43,451 bases of DNA from a virus. Where the stretch lies: the IMG/VR virus record IMGVR_UViG_3300049188_000023; one strand, 5' to 3'. Numbering within the stretch: the stretch's first letter is position 1; each line of letters begins with the position of its first letter. The notes under the pieces are model-generated. The model ran no database searches. It was not told the DNA's origin and was given only the letters and a program-made list of their open reading frames with translations. The position numbers and the translations under genes were made by a program. Shown here piece after piece: positions 6,789 to 15,636 of this stretch.

Positions 6789-8258
6789 TCAGTACCCATA
6801 TGCGATGTAATTGATTCGGTACGTCACACCAATCGTCATGCCTTCCAGTCGAATGCGGATGGCGCTTGCGGTGCAGTTGGGGAGGTCCGTGTAGATCGAG
6901 ACGCCAGAGGCTGGAGCGCCAAACGACGCAACAAGGCACGACGTATCGGTGCGGAATGGCCGCGTGAGGTTTTGCGTGACATCCTCGTCGGCGGCTGCGG
7001 CTAGGTGGGTGAACGACTCGACGCGGAGCTGCTCGCGGTACATGTCACGGTCGTAGCGGTCCGTGCCGTTTACCTCCATCTGCAGCGAGCCATCGACACT
7101 GACCCCGGCCCCCGCTGCAGCGGCATCGCTGCCGACGTTGTAAAAGCCCACGCTGCGGGTGTTGTAGTTGGTCAGGCGCGACCCCGCAGTGATGTGTACG
7201 CGGTTCGTGTCGGCGGCGGATACGCAGGTGCCGAGGTTGTCCATGGTCGCGTCAATGGACACGTTGCGCACATCGGCACTGCACCTCACGCCAACTGCCA
7301 GAGATGACGTGCGGTCACCAATGCCGATGATCGTGGCGCCGTTGATGCGGCTGTGCTCAGACGACAGCGCACTGGTGGCCTGCATGTCAAAGCCGTAGCT
7401 CGCCGTCGTGCTGGAGTTCGGGATGTAGAGCAGGGTGTTCGCGGTCAGCACCTGGGCGACGTCTGTCGTCGCCACGCATGTACCTGCCACGTTCATGTGG
7501 CTGCCGTTGATCGACAACAGCGGCCGTTTCGCGTTGGACACCAGCGTTGCCACCCAGTCGATACCGGTCGTCCCGCCGATCACGACATACTGCGACAGGT
7601 ACACGCCCTCGCAGCGCCCACGGATCTTCAGGCCGGCCAGCACCTCCCAACACTTGTAGTCTCGGATGGTGGTGTCTACGGCGTAGTACGTCCCTGCGGT
7701 GTTGAGGTAGACACCAATGGTGCGCCTCTGCCCATCGTTGATCTTGAGGCCGCTGATGTCCGGGAACGCGACGTTTTCGCAGTAGATGCCGTGCGTCCAG
7801 TAGCCTGACGCCGAGCTGCCGTTGATCGCCACATCGCGGATGCGCACGTCGGCTTCGGTGTCATTGGTGACGGCCTGCTCCGTGTTGATGATGCGCAGCG
7901 CATCGCCAGCGCCAGTGCCGGCCGTCTCAATGCTCAGGCCTTTGATGACGATGGATGTGGCGTCGCCGAAGCTGTTGCCGTCACCGTCATAGCTGATGGT
8001 CAGCCCGTGGCCGGAGTCGAACAGCAGCCGCGTGGCTTCTAGGCCTTCGCCCTCAATCACGAGGTCGCCGCCGGCTGCAAGCGTCTTGCTCAGCGCGGCG
8101 AGCTTGAAGGTGCCGCGCGGCAGCTTGATCGGCCGGCCGGCCGCCAGTGCCGTGTTGAATGCCGAGGTCGAGTAGTCAACCCCATCCGGGTCTGCGCCGT
8201 ACTGCGTGGGGTCGACCCAGCGGCGCAGGCGGGCGGCGTTTTGTTGTGCGTTGCTCAT
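6789..8258 (-). CDS. Tailspike / depolymerase, pectate-lyase-like beta-helix
   Basis: WVDPTQYGADPDGVDYSTSAFNTALAAGRPIKLPRGTFKL matches the Pectate_lyase_3 N-terminus pattern; position after ejection proteins. Confidence 0.7.
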   Translation of the reverse strand: MSNAQQNAARLRRWVDPTQYGADPDGVDYSTSAFNTALAAGRPIKLPRGTFKLAALSKTLAAGGDLVIEGEGLEATRLLFDSGHGLTISYDGDGNSFGDATSIVIKGLSIETAGTGAGDALRIINTEQAVTNDTEADVRIRDVAINGSSASGYWTHGIYCENVAFPDISGLKINDGQRRTIGVYLNTAGTYYAVDTTIRDYKCWEVLAGLKIRGRCEGVYLSQYVVIGGTTGIDWVATLVSNAKRPLLSINGSHMNVAGTCVATTDVAQVLTANTLLYIPNSSTTASYGFDMQATSALSSEHSRINGATIIGIGDRTSSLAVGVRCSADVRNVSIDATMDNLGTCVSAADTNRVHITAGSRLTNYNTRSVGFYNVGSDAAAAGAGVSVDGSLQMEVNGTDRYDRDMYREQLRVESFTHLAAAADEDVTQNLTRPFRTDTSCLVASFGAPASGVSIYTDLPNCTASAIRIRLEGMTIGVTYRINYIAYGY

Positions 8259-8440
8259 GCCGAATTCCCGACGAATTCGCGCTTGTCGGGGTATTGCTCG
8301 GGATCCTTCGGCCTCAGTGCGTCAAGCTGCCTTTGCAGCTCCTGCACCTGCTTTTGCAGTTCCTGCGCTTGCGCTGCAAGCTGGATGTTCGCCAGCGCCA
8401 GCGTGCCGATTTGCAGTGCGACTTGTTGGTTTGCGTCCAT
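8255..8440 (-). CDS. Small coiled-coil protein (61 aa) between the two receptor-binding genes
   Basis: TAATG and ATGA overlaps on both sides; LAAQAQELQKQVQELQRQLDAL. Confidence 0.5.
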   Translation of the reverse strand: MDANQQVALQIGTLALANIQLAAQAQELQKQVQELQRQLDALRPKDPEQYPDKREFVGNSA

Positions 8441-10302
8441 TACGCGAGTGCTCCAATGTTGCGCAGGGCCTTTGCGATCTGCGGTAGCGTGTAGCCGTCG
8501 AACGTCGATGCGTCGTTCACGGCCGTCCCGGCGTTGGCGACGAACGTAGCCGCAGCGCCCGCGGTCGTCGGCTGTGCCACGGGATTAGCTCCGAAAAGGC
8601 CCAAGCCCGTGGTGTTTACTCGGAGGCGCGTTGTCCCGGCGCCGTCTCTCAGCAGCACGCCGCCTGACCCCTTGCCGTCGATCCGCACATCTGCATTCGT
8701 GGATGACCCGCGCACCGTCAGAGTTGCGTTGCCAATGCCAGCCGTAACCTGGAGGTTGTCCGATGTGCCCGCCGAAGACGCAACACGGAACCCCTCCAGG
8801 CTGTTGGTCCTGATCACTATGACGCCCGTGCCCTGCGACTGAATTTCGAGGTTGACATTGGTGTCGGACCCAATGGCCTTGACTTTCGCGGAGACTCCTG
8901 TGGCCGCACCCTGCACCGCTATCCGGTTGACGACATTGGCCGGTGTGGCCTGCACCAGGAAGCTCGGGAAGTCAATCTCGGCGGAGGTCGCGCTCATGTC
9001 GCCGGTCGCGTATAGAAAACGCTGGCACGACGCCGCCCCCCCGTTGGAGCCGAAGCGGACCGCTGCGCCGGAGACGTTTCCGCTGCCCGTGTTGGTGTTC
9101 CACGTGAAGTTAATGCCGTTGCCCCACTCGGCCGTCAAATCCTGGCATTGGATCTGCACAGCCGCAGTGCAGGCCCCCGCCCCTGCCGAGACGATGGTGA
9201 CGCCGTAGGCATTGCCCGTCGTCGCCCCATTGCGAAAGCCCGCATCTACCTCGACTCCGGTTGCGCGCCCACCATCCGCGGTCACGAAGCCAGTGAGGTT
9301 CGCCCCAAAGGCCCGCGTGTTGGCGCTCGCGGCTTCTCCAGTTCCATATAGCGCAACGACCGCCACCGACCCGCTACTGATCGTGCCCTTCGCGTGGCGC
9401 GCGAGCTGGAACGCCCCGCTGTAGCTGTCGAACTCCGGACCGTAGGTCTTCTGCTCCAGATCGTTTGAGAACAGCGGGTCGAACTGGAACGGGAGGAGGT
9501 TGTCGATCCGAAGCTTGCCCGCCCCGGTAAAGGCCGCCGTGGGATCAATGCGCACAGCGACGTCCCGCGCGGCCGGGGTAACATCGGTGGCAACGTTGTA
9601 TGTGCCCGCCGTGATCGTCAGCAGCCCGATGGTTTGCGCGAACAGGTTGGTGAGCGGCGTCACCACGCTGGCCGCTCCGGAGGTGTCGGCCCCGAGATCG
9701 GCGGCACTCGTGCTCTCCCGCAGCTTTGCCTGCACATTGGTTGTCACCGCACCAGTGCCGGCTGGGATGTACGACACCTGCGAGGCATCAACGGCCCCAA
9801 TGGGCAGCGTCAAGGCATACCGAACCGATAGCTCCTGGTCTTCGAATGCCGCAGTGGCCAGCGTCAGCGTGGTGCCGCTCAGTGTGTAGTCCGACGACTT
9901 GAGCACCAGCCCATCGAGCACGACGGTGAGTTCCGCACTCCCGGGGTCACGCGAAAGCGTGAATGCCGTCTGCCCGTCAGCGCAGGTGAAATCGTCGGTG
10001 ATGCTGGTGGAGTGCCGCACCGAGGATGGGGCGTAGAACACGAACTGCCGGCGACTGTTGCGCACGGTCATCGAGTAGTCCGAGTTCACGTAGACCCGCG
10101 CGGGCGTGCCATTGCGCACGAGGTAGCCGTTCAGGGTGCGAATCGGCTGGGTGGCCGGCTGCGTTCCGTCGGCGTCCCAGTACACCGTGACGGGGTCGGT
10201 CTCTGGGTTCTCGTCGCGCGCGCCGAAGTACACGTAGCCCGCATCGAGCGGTCGGCCATCGAGGTCGGGGAAGGTCGGGAATGGGATGTCGGTTGCGATC
10301 AT
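8440..10302 (-). CDS. Tail fiber/tailspike with P22-tailspike-like head-binding N-terminus
   Basis: GYVYFGARDENPETDPVTVYWDADGTQPATQPIRTLNGYLVRNG resembles the P22 gp9 N-terminal domain pattern; ATG 10302 (TGATG overlap, GAGG 5 nt upstream) preferred over GTG 10305. Confidence 0.65.
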   Translation of the reverse strand: MIATDIPFPTFPDLDGRPLDAGYVYFGARDENPETDPVTVYWDADGTQPATQPIRTLNGYLVRNGTPARVYVNSDYSMTVRNSRRQFVFYAPSSVRHSTSITDDFTCADGQTAFTLSRDPGSAELTVVLDGLVLKSSDYTLSGTTLTLATAAFEDQELSVRYALTLPIGAVDASQVSYIPAGTGAVTTNVQAKLRESTSAADLGADTSGAASVVTPLTNLFAQTIGLLTITAGTYNVATDVTPAARDVAVRIDPTAAFTGAGKLRIDNLLPFQFDPLFSNDLEQKTYGPEFDSYSGAFQLARHAKGTISSGSVAVVALYGTGEAASANTRAFGANLTGFVTADGGRATGVEVDAGFRNGATTGNAYGVTIVSAGAGACTAAVQIQCQDLTAEWGNGINFTWNTNTGSGNVSGAAVRFGSNGGAASCQRFLYATGDMSATSAEIDFPSFLVQATPANVVNRIAVQGAATGVSAKVKAIGSDTNVNLEIQSQGTGVIVIRTNSLEGFRVASSAGTSDNLQVTAGIGNATLTVRGSSTNADVRIDGKGSGGVLLRDGAGTTRLRVNTTGLGLFGANPVAQPTTAGAAATFVANAGTAVNDASTFDGYTLPQIAKALRNIGALA

Positions 10303-12392
10303 CACTGCCTCAATGGACGGTGTCGCCGTTCGGCGCTTTCATCGGGGGTCGGGGGCTTGCCGGGGGCCTGCTTTTTCTGCACCTCATTGAGCGCATCACT
10401 GATGCGGCGGCGCAGCTTCACGTCCTTGATGTGCTTCAACGCCAGCCGCGAGGCGGTAGCTACCGGCGCCGGTGTGCCGGTGGATCCTGAAATCAGGATG
10501 TCGCCGAAGGCCGCCAGAAGGGTCGCCGCGGTGTTGGAAGTGTTCACGCCGGCCTCGGGCGGCACGGTCCTCGCCAACTGCGCAAGCTCGTTGATGTCGC
10601 GCAACTGCTGTGCACCCTTTTTGCCAAACACGAATTCAAGGCGGCCGTCGTGGTCCAGGGTGCGGATGGCTTTGTCGAGTGCGGCCGGGGAGATGACGCG
10701 GTTACCTGTGCTGTCGGTCGCAACGCTCTTGGTCGCCTCGTCCTTGATCCACTTCAGCGTGCCACCTTGCAGCTCGCGCCATGCCTGCTGCCCTTCGGCT
10801 CCGCTGCGCTGGAGCACGCGGCGCACGTTGCGCACGTCATCCAGGCTGCCCTTGAGCACCGCGTGATCGAGCACGTCCTCGAAGGCCACCTGCCGGTCGG
10901 TCGTGCCCTTCCTGGTGTTGAGCAGCTTCGCGACCGTGGCGCGGTTCTCGTAGTTCTGGGCGTACCGGGCGCGCAGCTTGCGGGCTTGGCGATACATGTC
11001 GCCACCCATGCCATCAGTCGCCTCGTCTACGAGCCCCTTGATGATGGTGGACTGCCGCACGTTGGTCGGCTCGTAGTCGGTGGCATTTCCGATGGCGCGT
11101 CGGTACAGTTCGGCCGTCTTCAGCGGCACCGGCTGTGGCACCAGCTGCCCATCCGATTCGGCCGCAATGCCAAGTTGGATCGCGCGACGGCGGGCCGCAT
11201 CCAGGAGGGGGGTTACCGCCGCGTCCGGCGCACTCTCGTTGAGGTGCTGCACGACGTTGGCCAGCGTGACTGGGGCCTCCATTTCGCCGGCCTGCTCGGC
11301 TGCCTTGTAGGCGGCGCGGATCTGGGTCTTGTCGCGGGCCACCTGCTCCACGAGGGCACGGTCCACCGCCTGCCCCACTGCGCGCAGGTTCGGGGCCTCC
11401 GCGCCGGTCTGGTCAATCCAGTGGTCGATGTTCTGCAGGATGGCGATATTTGTTTCAACCTGCCGCTCGCGCAGGCGCACCCCCTCCTCGGGAAGCTTCG
11501 ATGTCTCGACTTCGAACTTCAGTTGTGCTGGATCGCGCGTCGCCTGCCCCTTCGTCAGTCGGATCGGCACCGGTAGGTTCTCGGCCGTAGCGATCCGCCT
11601 CGCCGCAACGTCAGTGCCCGCGGCGCCAGCACTGCCCATCGTTCCAGGCGTTGGCTTCTGCGGCTCCTGGCGCAGGGCTTCGAGCGCGCGGCGGGGGAGC
11701 GTGGTTGCGCCCTTGGTCGCCATGTCAGCGACCCGGGAGGCGGCATTGATGACGCTTGCCGTGCCTGCGACTGCGGCCTCGCCACCCACGGCCCTGGCAG
11801 CACCCTCGGCGCCCGCCTGAGCAACAACACGCCCCGGTGTGCCGCGCGGCATCACGCCGGCCGGTACGAGCGCCGGGGCCACAGCCGCCACCGGGAGGAT
11901 GTTCTGCAGCGTCTCGCCAACGGCGGCGGCCTGCTCCCTGCCGCTCTCGGTGCGCGGCTCGTAGGTCAGCGCCTGGGCGCCCTGCATGGCCGACTGCTCC
12001 ACCATCCTTGCAGCCTCTGGCGTGCCAAACTTTCCAGAGAGGATTTGCTCAGCAAGGCCCTTGAGTGTGCCGCCGAGCACCCCCAGTGCGCCGCCCGTGG
12101 CGCCGGTAAGGGTGGTGAGCGCCGCCTCGCCAGTGCCGATAGCCGTGTCGGCGAGCGATGGTCCGGGTGCATCCTGCGCCGGCAGGGCTGGCACAGGCTT
12201 TCCGGGCTCGGCACCTGGGATCAGGTCAACGGCGCTGCGCGGCTGGCCGCGACCGCCATCTATTGCGACGACGCGCCGCCCAGAGAAGTCGCCGCCCGCA
12301 CGCTGCTCGACTTGGTCCGGAGTCACCTCATCCGGCACGTTCTGATAGACGTGCGAGCCGCCATCCTCAAACCTGATTGTGACGGTACGCAT
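10302..12392 (-). CDS. Ejection/internal virion protein (P22 gp16 position), 696 aa
   Basis: ATG 12392 shares one base with upstream stop (TGATG); third of three ejection-protein-sized genes after the gp14-like gene; no enzymatic motif recognised. Confidence 0.5.
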   Translation of the reverse strand: MRTVTIRFEDGGSHVYQNVPDEVTPDQVEQRAGGDFSGRRVVAIDGGRGQPRSAVDLIPGAEPGKPVPALPAQDAPGPSLADTAIGTGEAALTTLTGATGGALGVLGGTLKGLAEQILSGKFGTPEAARMVEQSAMQGAQALTYEPRTESGREQAAAVGETLQNILPVAAVAPALVPAGVMPRGTPGRVVAQAGAEGAARAVGGEAAVAGTASVINAASRVADMATKGATTLPRRALEALRQEPQKPTPGTMGSAGAAGTDVAARRIATAENLPVPIRLTKGQATRDPAQLKFEVETSKLPEEGVRLRERQVETNIAILQNIDHWIDQTGAEAPNLRAVGQAVDRALVEQVARDKTQIRAAYKAAEQAGEMEAPVTLANVVQHLNESAPDAAVTPLLDAARRRAIQLGIAAESDGQLVPQPVPLKTAELYRRAIGNATDYEPTNVRQSTIIKGLVDEATDGMGGDMYRQARKLRARYAQNYENRATVAKLLNTRKGTTDRQVAFEDVLDHAVLKGSLDDVRNVRRVLQRSGAEGQQAWRELQGGTLKWIKDEATKSVATDSTGNRVISPAALDKAIRTLDHDGRLEFVFGKKGAQQLRDINELAQLARTVPPEAGVNTSNTAATLLAAFGDILISGSTGTPAPVATASRLALKHIKDVKLRRRISDALNEVQKKQAPGKPPTPDESAERRHRPLRQ

Positions 12393-13672
12393 CACCAACC
12401 ACTTACCGTGGCGCCGGCTGCTGTCTTCGTTGGAGTTGGCTTCTGCCCGCCCGCCGCCCACGCGTCGCCAGGGTCACGCCGCGCCCCGGATCCAAACACA
12501 TTATCTGGATTGAGGCGGTACGACTTCACCACATTGGTGAGCCCGTCGCGCACCTCGGCCTCCCGCTTCGACGCTGCATCAGCTAGGCGGTTTGCCTGCC
12601 CGAGAAAGGTCTTGCGCTGTCCCGCGGTCAGGCGCTCGCCGCTGATCGCCTTGTTGTAGAGGTTGGAGATGGCAGACGGTATGCCTGCCGAGTTCTGTGC
12701 TGTGGCGAACTCGCCCTCACGGACAACGGATCCCGGGTCGAGCATCTTCATGTACGAGTAGATCAACGCGATGTCACCCGCGCCGTCGTCGGCTGCCGCC
12801 TTCATCCGCCGGTGCGACTCGGTGACTTCGACGTAGCCTTTGGTCTGATCCGAATACTCCTTGCGCAGCTTCTGCTCAGCCTCGAAGCGCTTGCCGGGGT
12901 CACCCCCCGCTGCGGCATCGGCGATGATTTGCTTGGTCTCTTCTGACAACTTCTTGGTGGCCGCGAGCGCTTGCTGCGTCTGCGCGTTGGTCAGCCCGAT
13001 ATCGGCCGCCGCCTTCCTGAGGCTTTCTAGCGCCGTCTTCTCTGCATACTTGGCCGTTGTCTGCTTGGTCTTGGCCTCTGCCTCCGCACCCGTGGCTTCG
13101 GCTTCTGCCTTGCGCAACTCGGCGGGCGCCTTTTCGGCCTTGCGGCTCTCGTCTCCGAGCTTGGCCACGCCCTCAATCACCTTGTCGCCGCCTGGGAGCG
13201 CGGCAAGCGTCGTAGCTATGGTGTCCGTCAGGAACTGGGGGTCCAGCTCACCAATGCGCGCCATGTCTTCGAGCCGCTTTGCGCCCTGCTCATCGCCACC
13301 GTTGCGCATGGCTGCGGCCTGCTCCTTCATCCTGGTGATCGCCACATCGGAGCGGCCAGCCCGCAGGGCGGCATAGACATCGGTCGCCTGGTTCAGCGTG
13401 TTGCGCTGCTGCTCACCGGACAGGACATCCCAGCCGTGCTTCAGCTTGTCAGCAAGCTGTGGATACTTGACCATCACGCCCGGCAACAGGCGGTGGTCTT
13501 GCGAGGCGGCGTTGAGGTCCGCCTGCATCTGCTGCTGCGCGAGCGCGGCCTGTCGCTGCTGCTCCTGCTGCTGCATGTCGTTGCGGATGGCGGACGCACC
13601 CTGGTAGCCCTGCATGAAGGACTGGAACGGCGTCTGTACGTCTATGCTGTAGTCGATGGGGCCGGTTGCCAT
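12392..13672 (-). CDS. Ejection/internal virion protein (P22 gp20 position), 426 aa
   Basis: TGATG coupling at both ends; Gln/Ala-rich coiled regions; synteny. Confidence 0.5.
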   Translation of the reverse strand: MATGPIDYSIDVQTPFQSFMQGYQGASAIRNDMQQQEQQRQAALAQQQMQADLNAASQDHRLLPGVMVKYPQLADKLKHGWDVLSGEQQRNTLNQATDVYAALRAGRSDVAITRMKEQAAAMRNGGDEQGAKRLEDMARIGELDPQFLTDTIATTLAALPGGDKVIEGVAKLGDESRKAEKAPAELRKAEAEATGAEAEAKTKQTTAKYAEKTALESLRKAAADIGLTNAQTQQALAATKKLSEETKQIIADAAAGGDPGKRFEAEQKLRKEYSDQTKGYVEVTESHRRMKAAADDGAGDIALIYSYMKMLDPGSVVREGEFATAQNSAGIPSAISNLYNKAISGERLTAGQRKTFLGQANRLADAASKREAEVRDGLTNVVKSYRLNPDNVFGSGARRDPGDAWAAGGQKPTPTKTAAGATVSGW

Positions 13673-14352
13673 CAGAACCCCCCCCGCTGCTGGAAGAACT
13701 TGGTGTACTGGTCCCCGAAGCCGCCCATGCCGCCATACGCACCGATGGCATTGCCGGCTGCATTCCACATCCCAGCCTGGCCGCGCCCTTGTGCCAGTGC
13801 CCCGCCGGCCAGCGCCGCGCCCTGCTGCTGCAGCGCGCCTCCGATGCCGGCTGCCGTGGCCATGCCCGCATTGCCCACGCCGGCCGCTGCGTTCTGGCCG
13901 ATGCTCACAAGGCCACCGAGCCGCGAATACTGGTCGCCAATGAGTTGCGAGAGCACCTGCGGCCGGAACTGCGCGAGCGCGGCCTGGGTGTTGCCGCCAC
14001 GCAAGCCGCCAGTCGCCGAGGCGTTGGCCAGGATTGCGTTTTCGCCCTGCTGCTGCATGGCCGCGAACTGAGGGGACTGCTCAAGCGCCGCGATGGCGGC
14101 TTGCTGGGCGTTCTCGCCGCCGAGGCCGAGCAGGTCTTGCTGTGCCGTGAGCGCGCCCGGGCCTGCTTCGGTGTAGGGCCTGAGAAGCTCCTGGATCTGA
14201 TCAAACTGTCTGCGCCGCTCGGCAATGTCCGTCGCCGAGGCGTCAGCCTGGATCTGCGCCGCCTTATTCCCGGCCTTCGCCTGCGCACGCGATGACATGG
14301 CACCGCTAACCAGCGTCGCGCCAGCTACTGCAAGTGGTACGGCTACTGGCAT
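13672..14352 (-). CDS. Ejection/internal virion protein (P22 gp7 position), 226 aa
   Basis: Gly/Ala/Gln-rich; size and order match P22 gp7 (229 aa). Confidence 0.5.
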   Translation of the reverse strand: MPVAVPLAVAGATLVSGAMSSRAQAKAGNKAAQIQADASATDIAERRRQFDQIQELLRPYTEAGPGALTAQQDLLGLGGENAQQAAIAALEQSPQFAAMQQQGENAILANASATGGLRGGNTQAALAQFRPQVLSQLIGDQYSRLGGLVSIGQNAAAGVGNAGMATAAGIGGALQQQGAALAGGALAQGRGQAGMWNAAGNAIGAYGGMGGFGDQYTKFFQQRGGF

Positions 14353-14356
14353 CGCA

Positions 14357-14836
14357 TCAGTCCCTGTTCATTCCGAGGAGGGATTGCCCGACAAGCTCGC
14401 CACCACGAAGGAGGCTGCGCGGGTTGTGCCCGTACTCGGTCATCCCGCTGCGCAGCGCCAACCGGCGCGCCAACTCGTTCCCATCCGGTACGGCGGTGAT
14501 GAGCCGTTGGCATGTGGTGTTTGCCCACGCCCAGGCGGCGCATGCGCGCGTGCAGTCCAGGCTGGTGAAGCCCCAGGCGTCGGGCAACAGGCAGGTGTGC
14601 ACCTCCCACAGCACGCACGTGTGCTGGTGCAGCATGAACAGCCCGAGGTACTGCTCGCCACGGTAGGCGCCGACATAGACGCACTGCGGCGTCAGGACGG
14701 CAGCGAATGACTCTGCCGGAGGGCACGAGTCGTCTTTGACGTGTGGGTAAATGCGGGGATGCCGAATGGTCTCGGTGATGAGACTCGCATCGAGTAGACG
14801 CTCAATTCGGATCGGCTCTCGCTGGGCCTCGGCCAT
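14357..14836 (-). CDS. P22 gp14-position protein (159 aa)
   Basis: Follows the needle gene as in P22 (gp26 then gp14, 161 aa); call based only on synteny and size. Confidence 0.4.
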   Translation of the reverse strand: MAEAQREPIRIERLLDASLITETIRHPRIYPHVKDDSCPPAESFAAVLTPQCVYVGAYRGEQYLGLFMLHQHTCVLWEVHTCLLPDAWGFTSLDCTRACAAWAWANTTCQRLITAVPDGNELARRLALRSGMTEYGHNPRSLLRGGELVGQSLLGMNRD

Positions 14837-14863
14837 CGCAGCAACACTCCCTTGCGGGGTTGG

Positions 14864-14894
14864 CGAGCTGCTGGCGGCTCTACGGTCTCAGCGG
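14864..14894 (-). promoter_or_regulatory. Conserved late-operon element, copy A
   Basis: cgagctgctggcggctc + 6 nt + ctcagcgg; the 17-mer starts exactly 27 nt from the start codon at 14836; same blocks at 25217..25248. Confidence 0.6.
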
Positions 14895-14922
14895 ATCGGC
14901 ATTGCGCCGGTCGTTGCCGCGA

Positions 14923-15636
14923 TTATGCCGGCTCGAAGATGATCCACGCAACAGAGCGCGTATCGGTGGCGCTTGTGCTCGTGATCGTGAAGCTCGTGCC
15001 GCCCGTGCGCGCCGAGATGGTCAGCTCTCCGTGCGTGCCGCTGCTGTCCTGTCCGGTGAGCATGATGCGGCTGTTGGCCGTCACAGCCGCGGTGTTGACG
15101 GTGACGGTGCCCGCGACAAGGGTGGCAGCGCCCATGCGTGCATCGGACCCCTCCTTGATGTCCACGCCCGAGCCCACGGCATCGATCACCACGCTGTCGC
15201 CGAACGTCTTGTTCGTCAGTTCTTGTGCATCACTCGTGCCGACCACATCGCCAGTCGTGCCGTGCACTGTCGTGTCGGCCATGTGGCTGTTGATCGTCGT
15301 TTGGGCGTTGCCGGCCGCCGTGTTGGCCGTGGCCGCGTCCGCCAGGGCTGTGTCAGCGGTAGCCTGAGCAGCGGCAGCATCGGTGATGGCGGTGTCGGCC
15401 GTGGCCTGCGCCGCATCGGCTGCCGCCTGGGCCGTGGCCGCGTTGGCAAGCGCCGTGGTTGCCTGGGTCATGGCGTCTTCTGCGTCGCCGAGCGCCTGCG
15501 TGGCCGCCGCGGGCAGCGTTTCGGCCACGTCCTGATGCAGGGCCTCGTAAGCGCGGATCAGCTCTGGCGACGGCAGGAACTGCGCCAGCTTGTCGCGCGA
15601 GACTGTGCGCGAGCGGACGACGACGGGATCAGCCAT
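14923..15636 (-). CDS. Tail needle (P22 gp26-like) with C-terminal beta domain
   Basis: Starts MADP like P22 gp26, 237 aa vs 233 aa; Ala/Thr-rich coiled coil (AATAQAAADAAQATADTAITDAAAAQATADTALADAA); directly after gp10-like gene. Confidence 0.65.
   Translation of the reverse strand: MADPVVVRSRTVSRDKLAQFLPSPELIRAYEALHQDVAETLPAAATQALGDAEDAMTQATTALANAATAQAAADAAQATADTAITDAAAAQATADTALADAATANTAAGNAQTTINSHMADTTVHGTTGDVVGTSDAQELTNKTFGDSVVIDAVGSGVDIKEGSDARMGAATLVAGTVTVNTAAVTANSRIMLTGQDSSGTHGELTISARTGGTSFTITSTSATDTRSVAWIIFEPA

Noticed and set aside
6789-10305. Diversity-generating retroelement acting on the tail fiber genes (BPP-1-like podoviruses have one)
   Set aside because: No reverse-transcriptase-like ORF (no YxDD motif protein) anywhere in the window. 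I saw no template/variable repeat pair near the 3' ends of the fiber genes.
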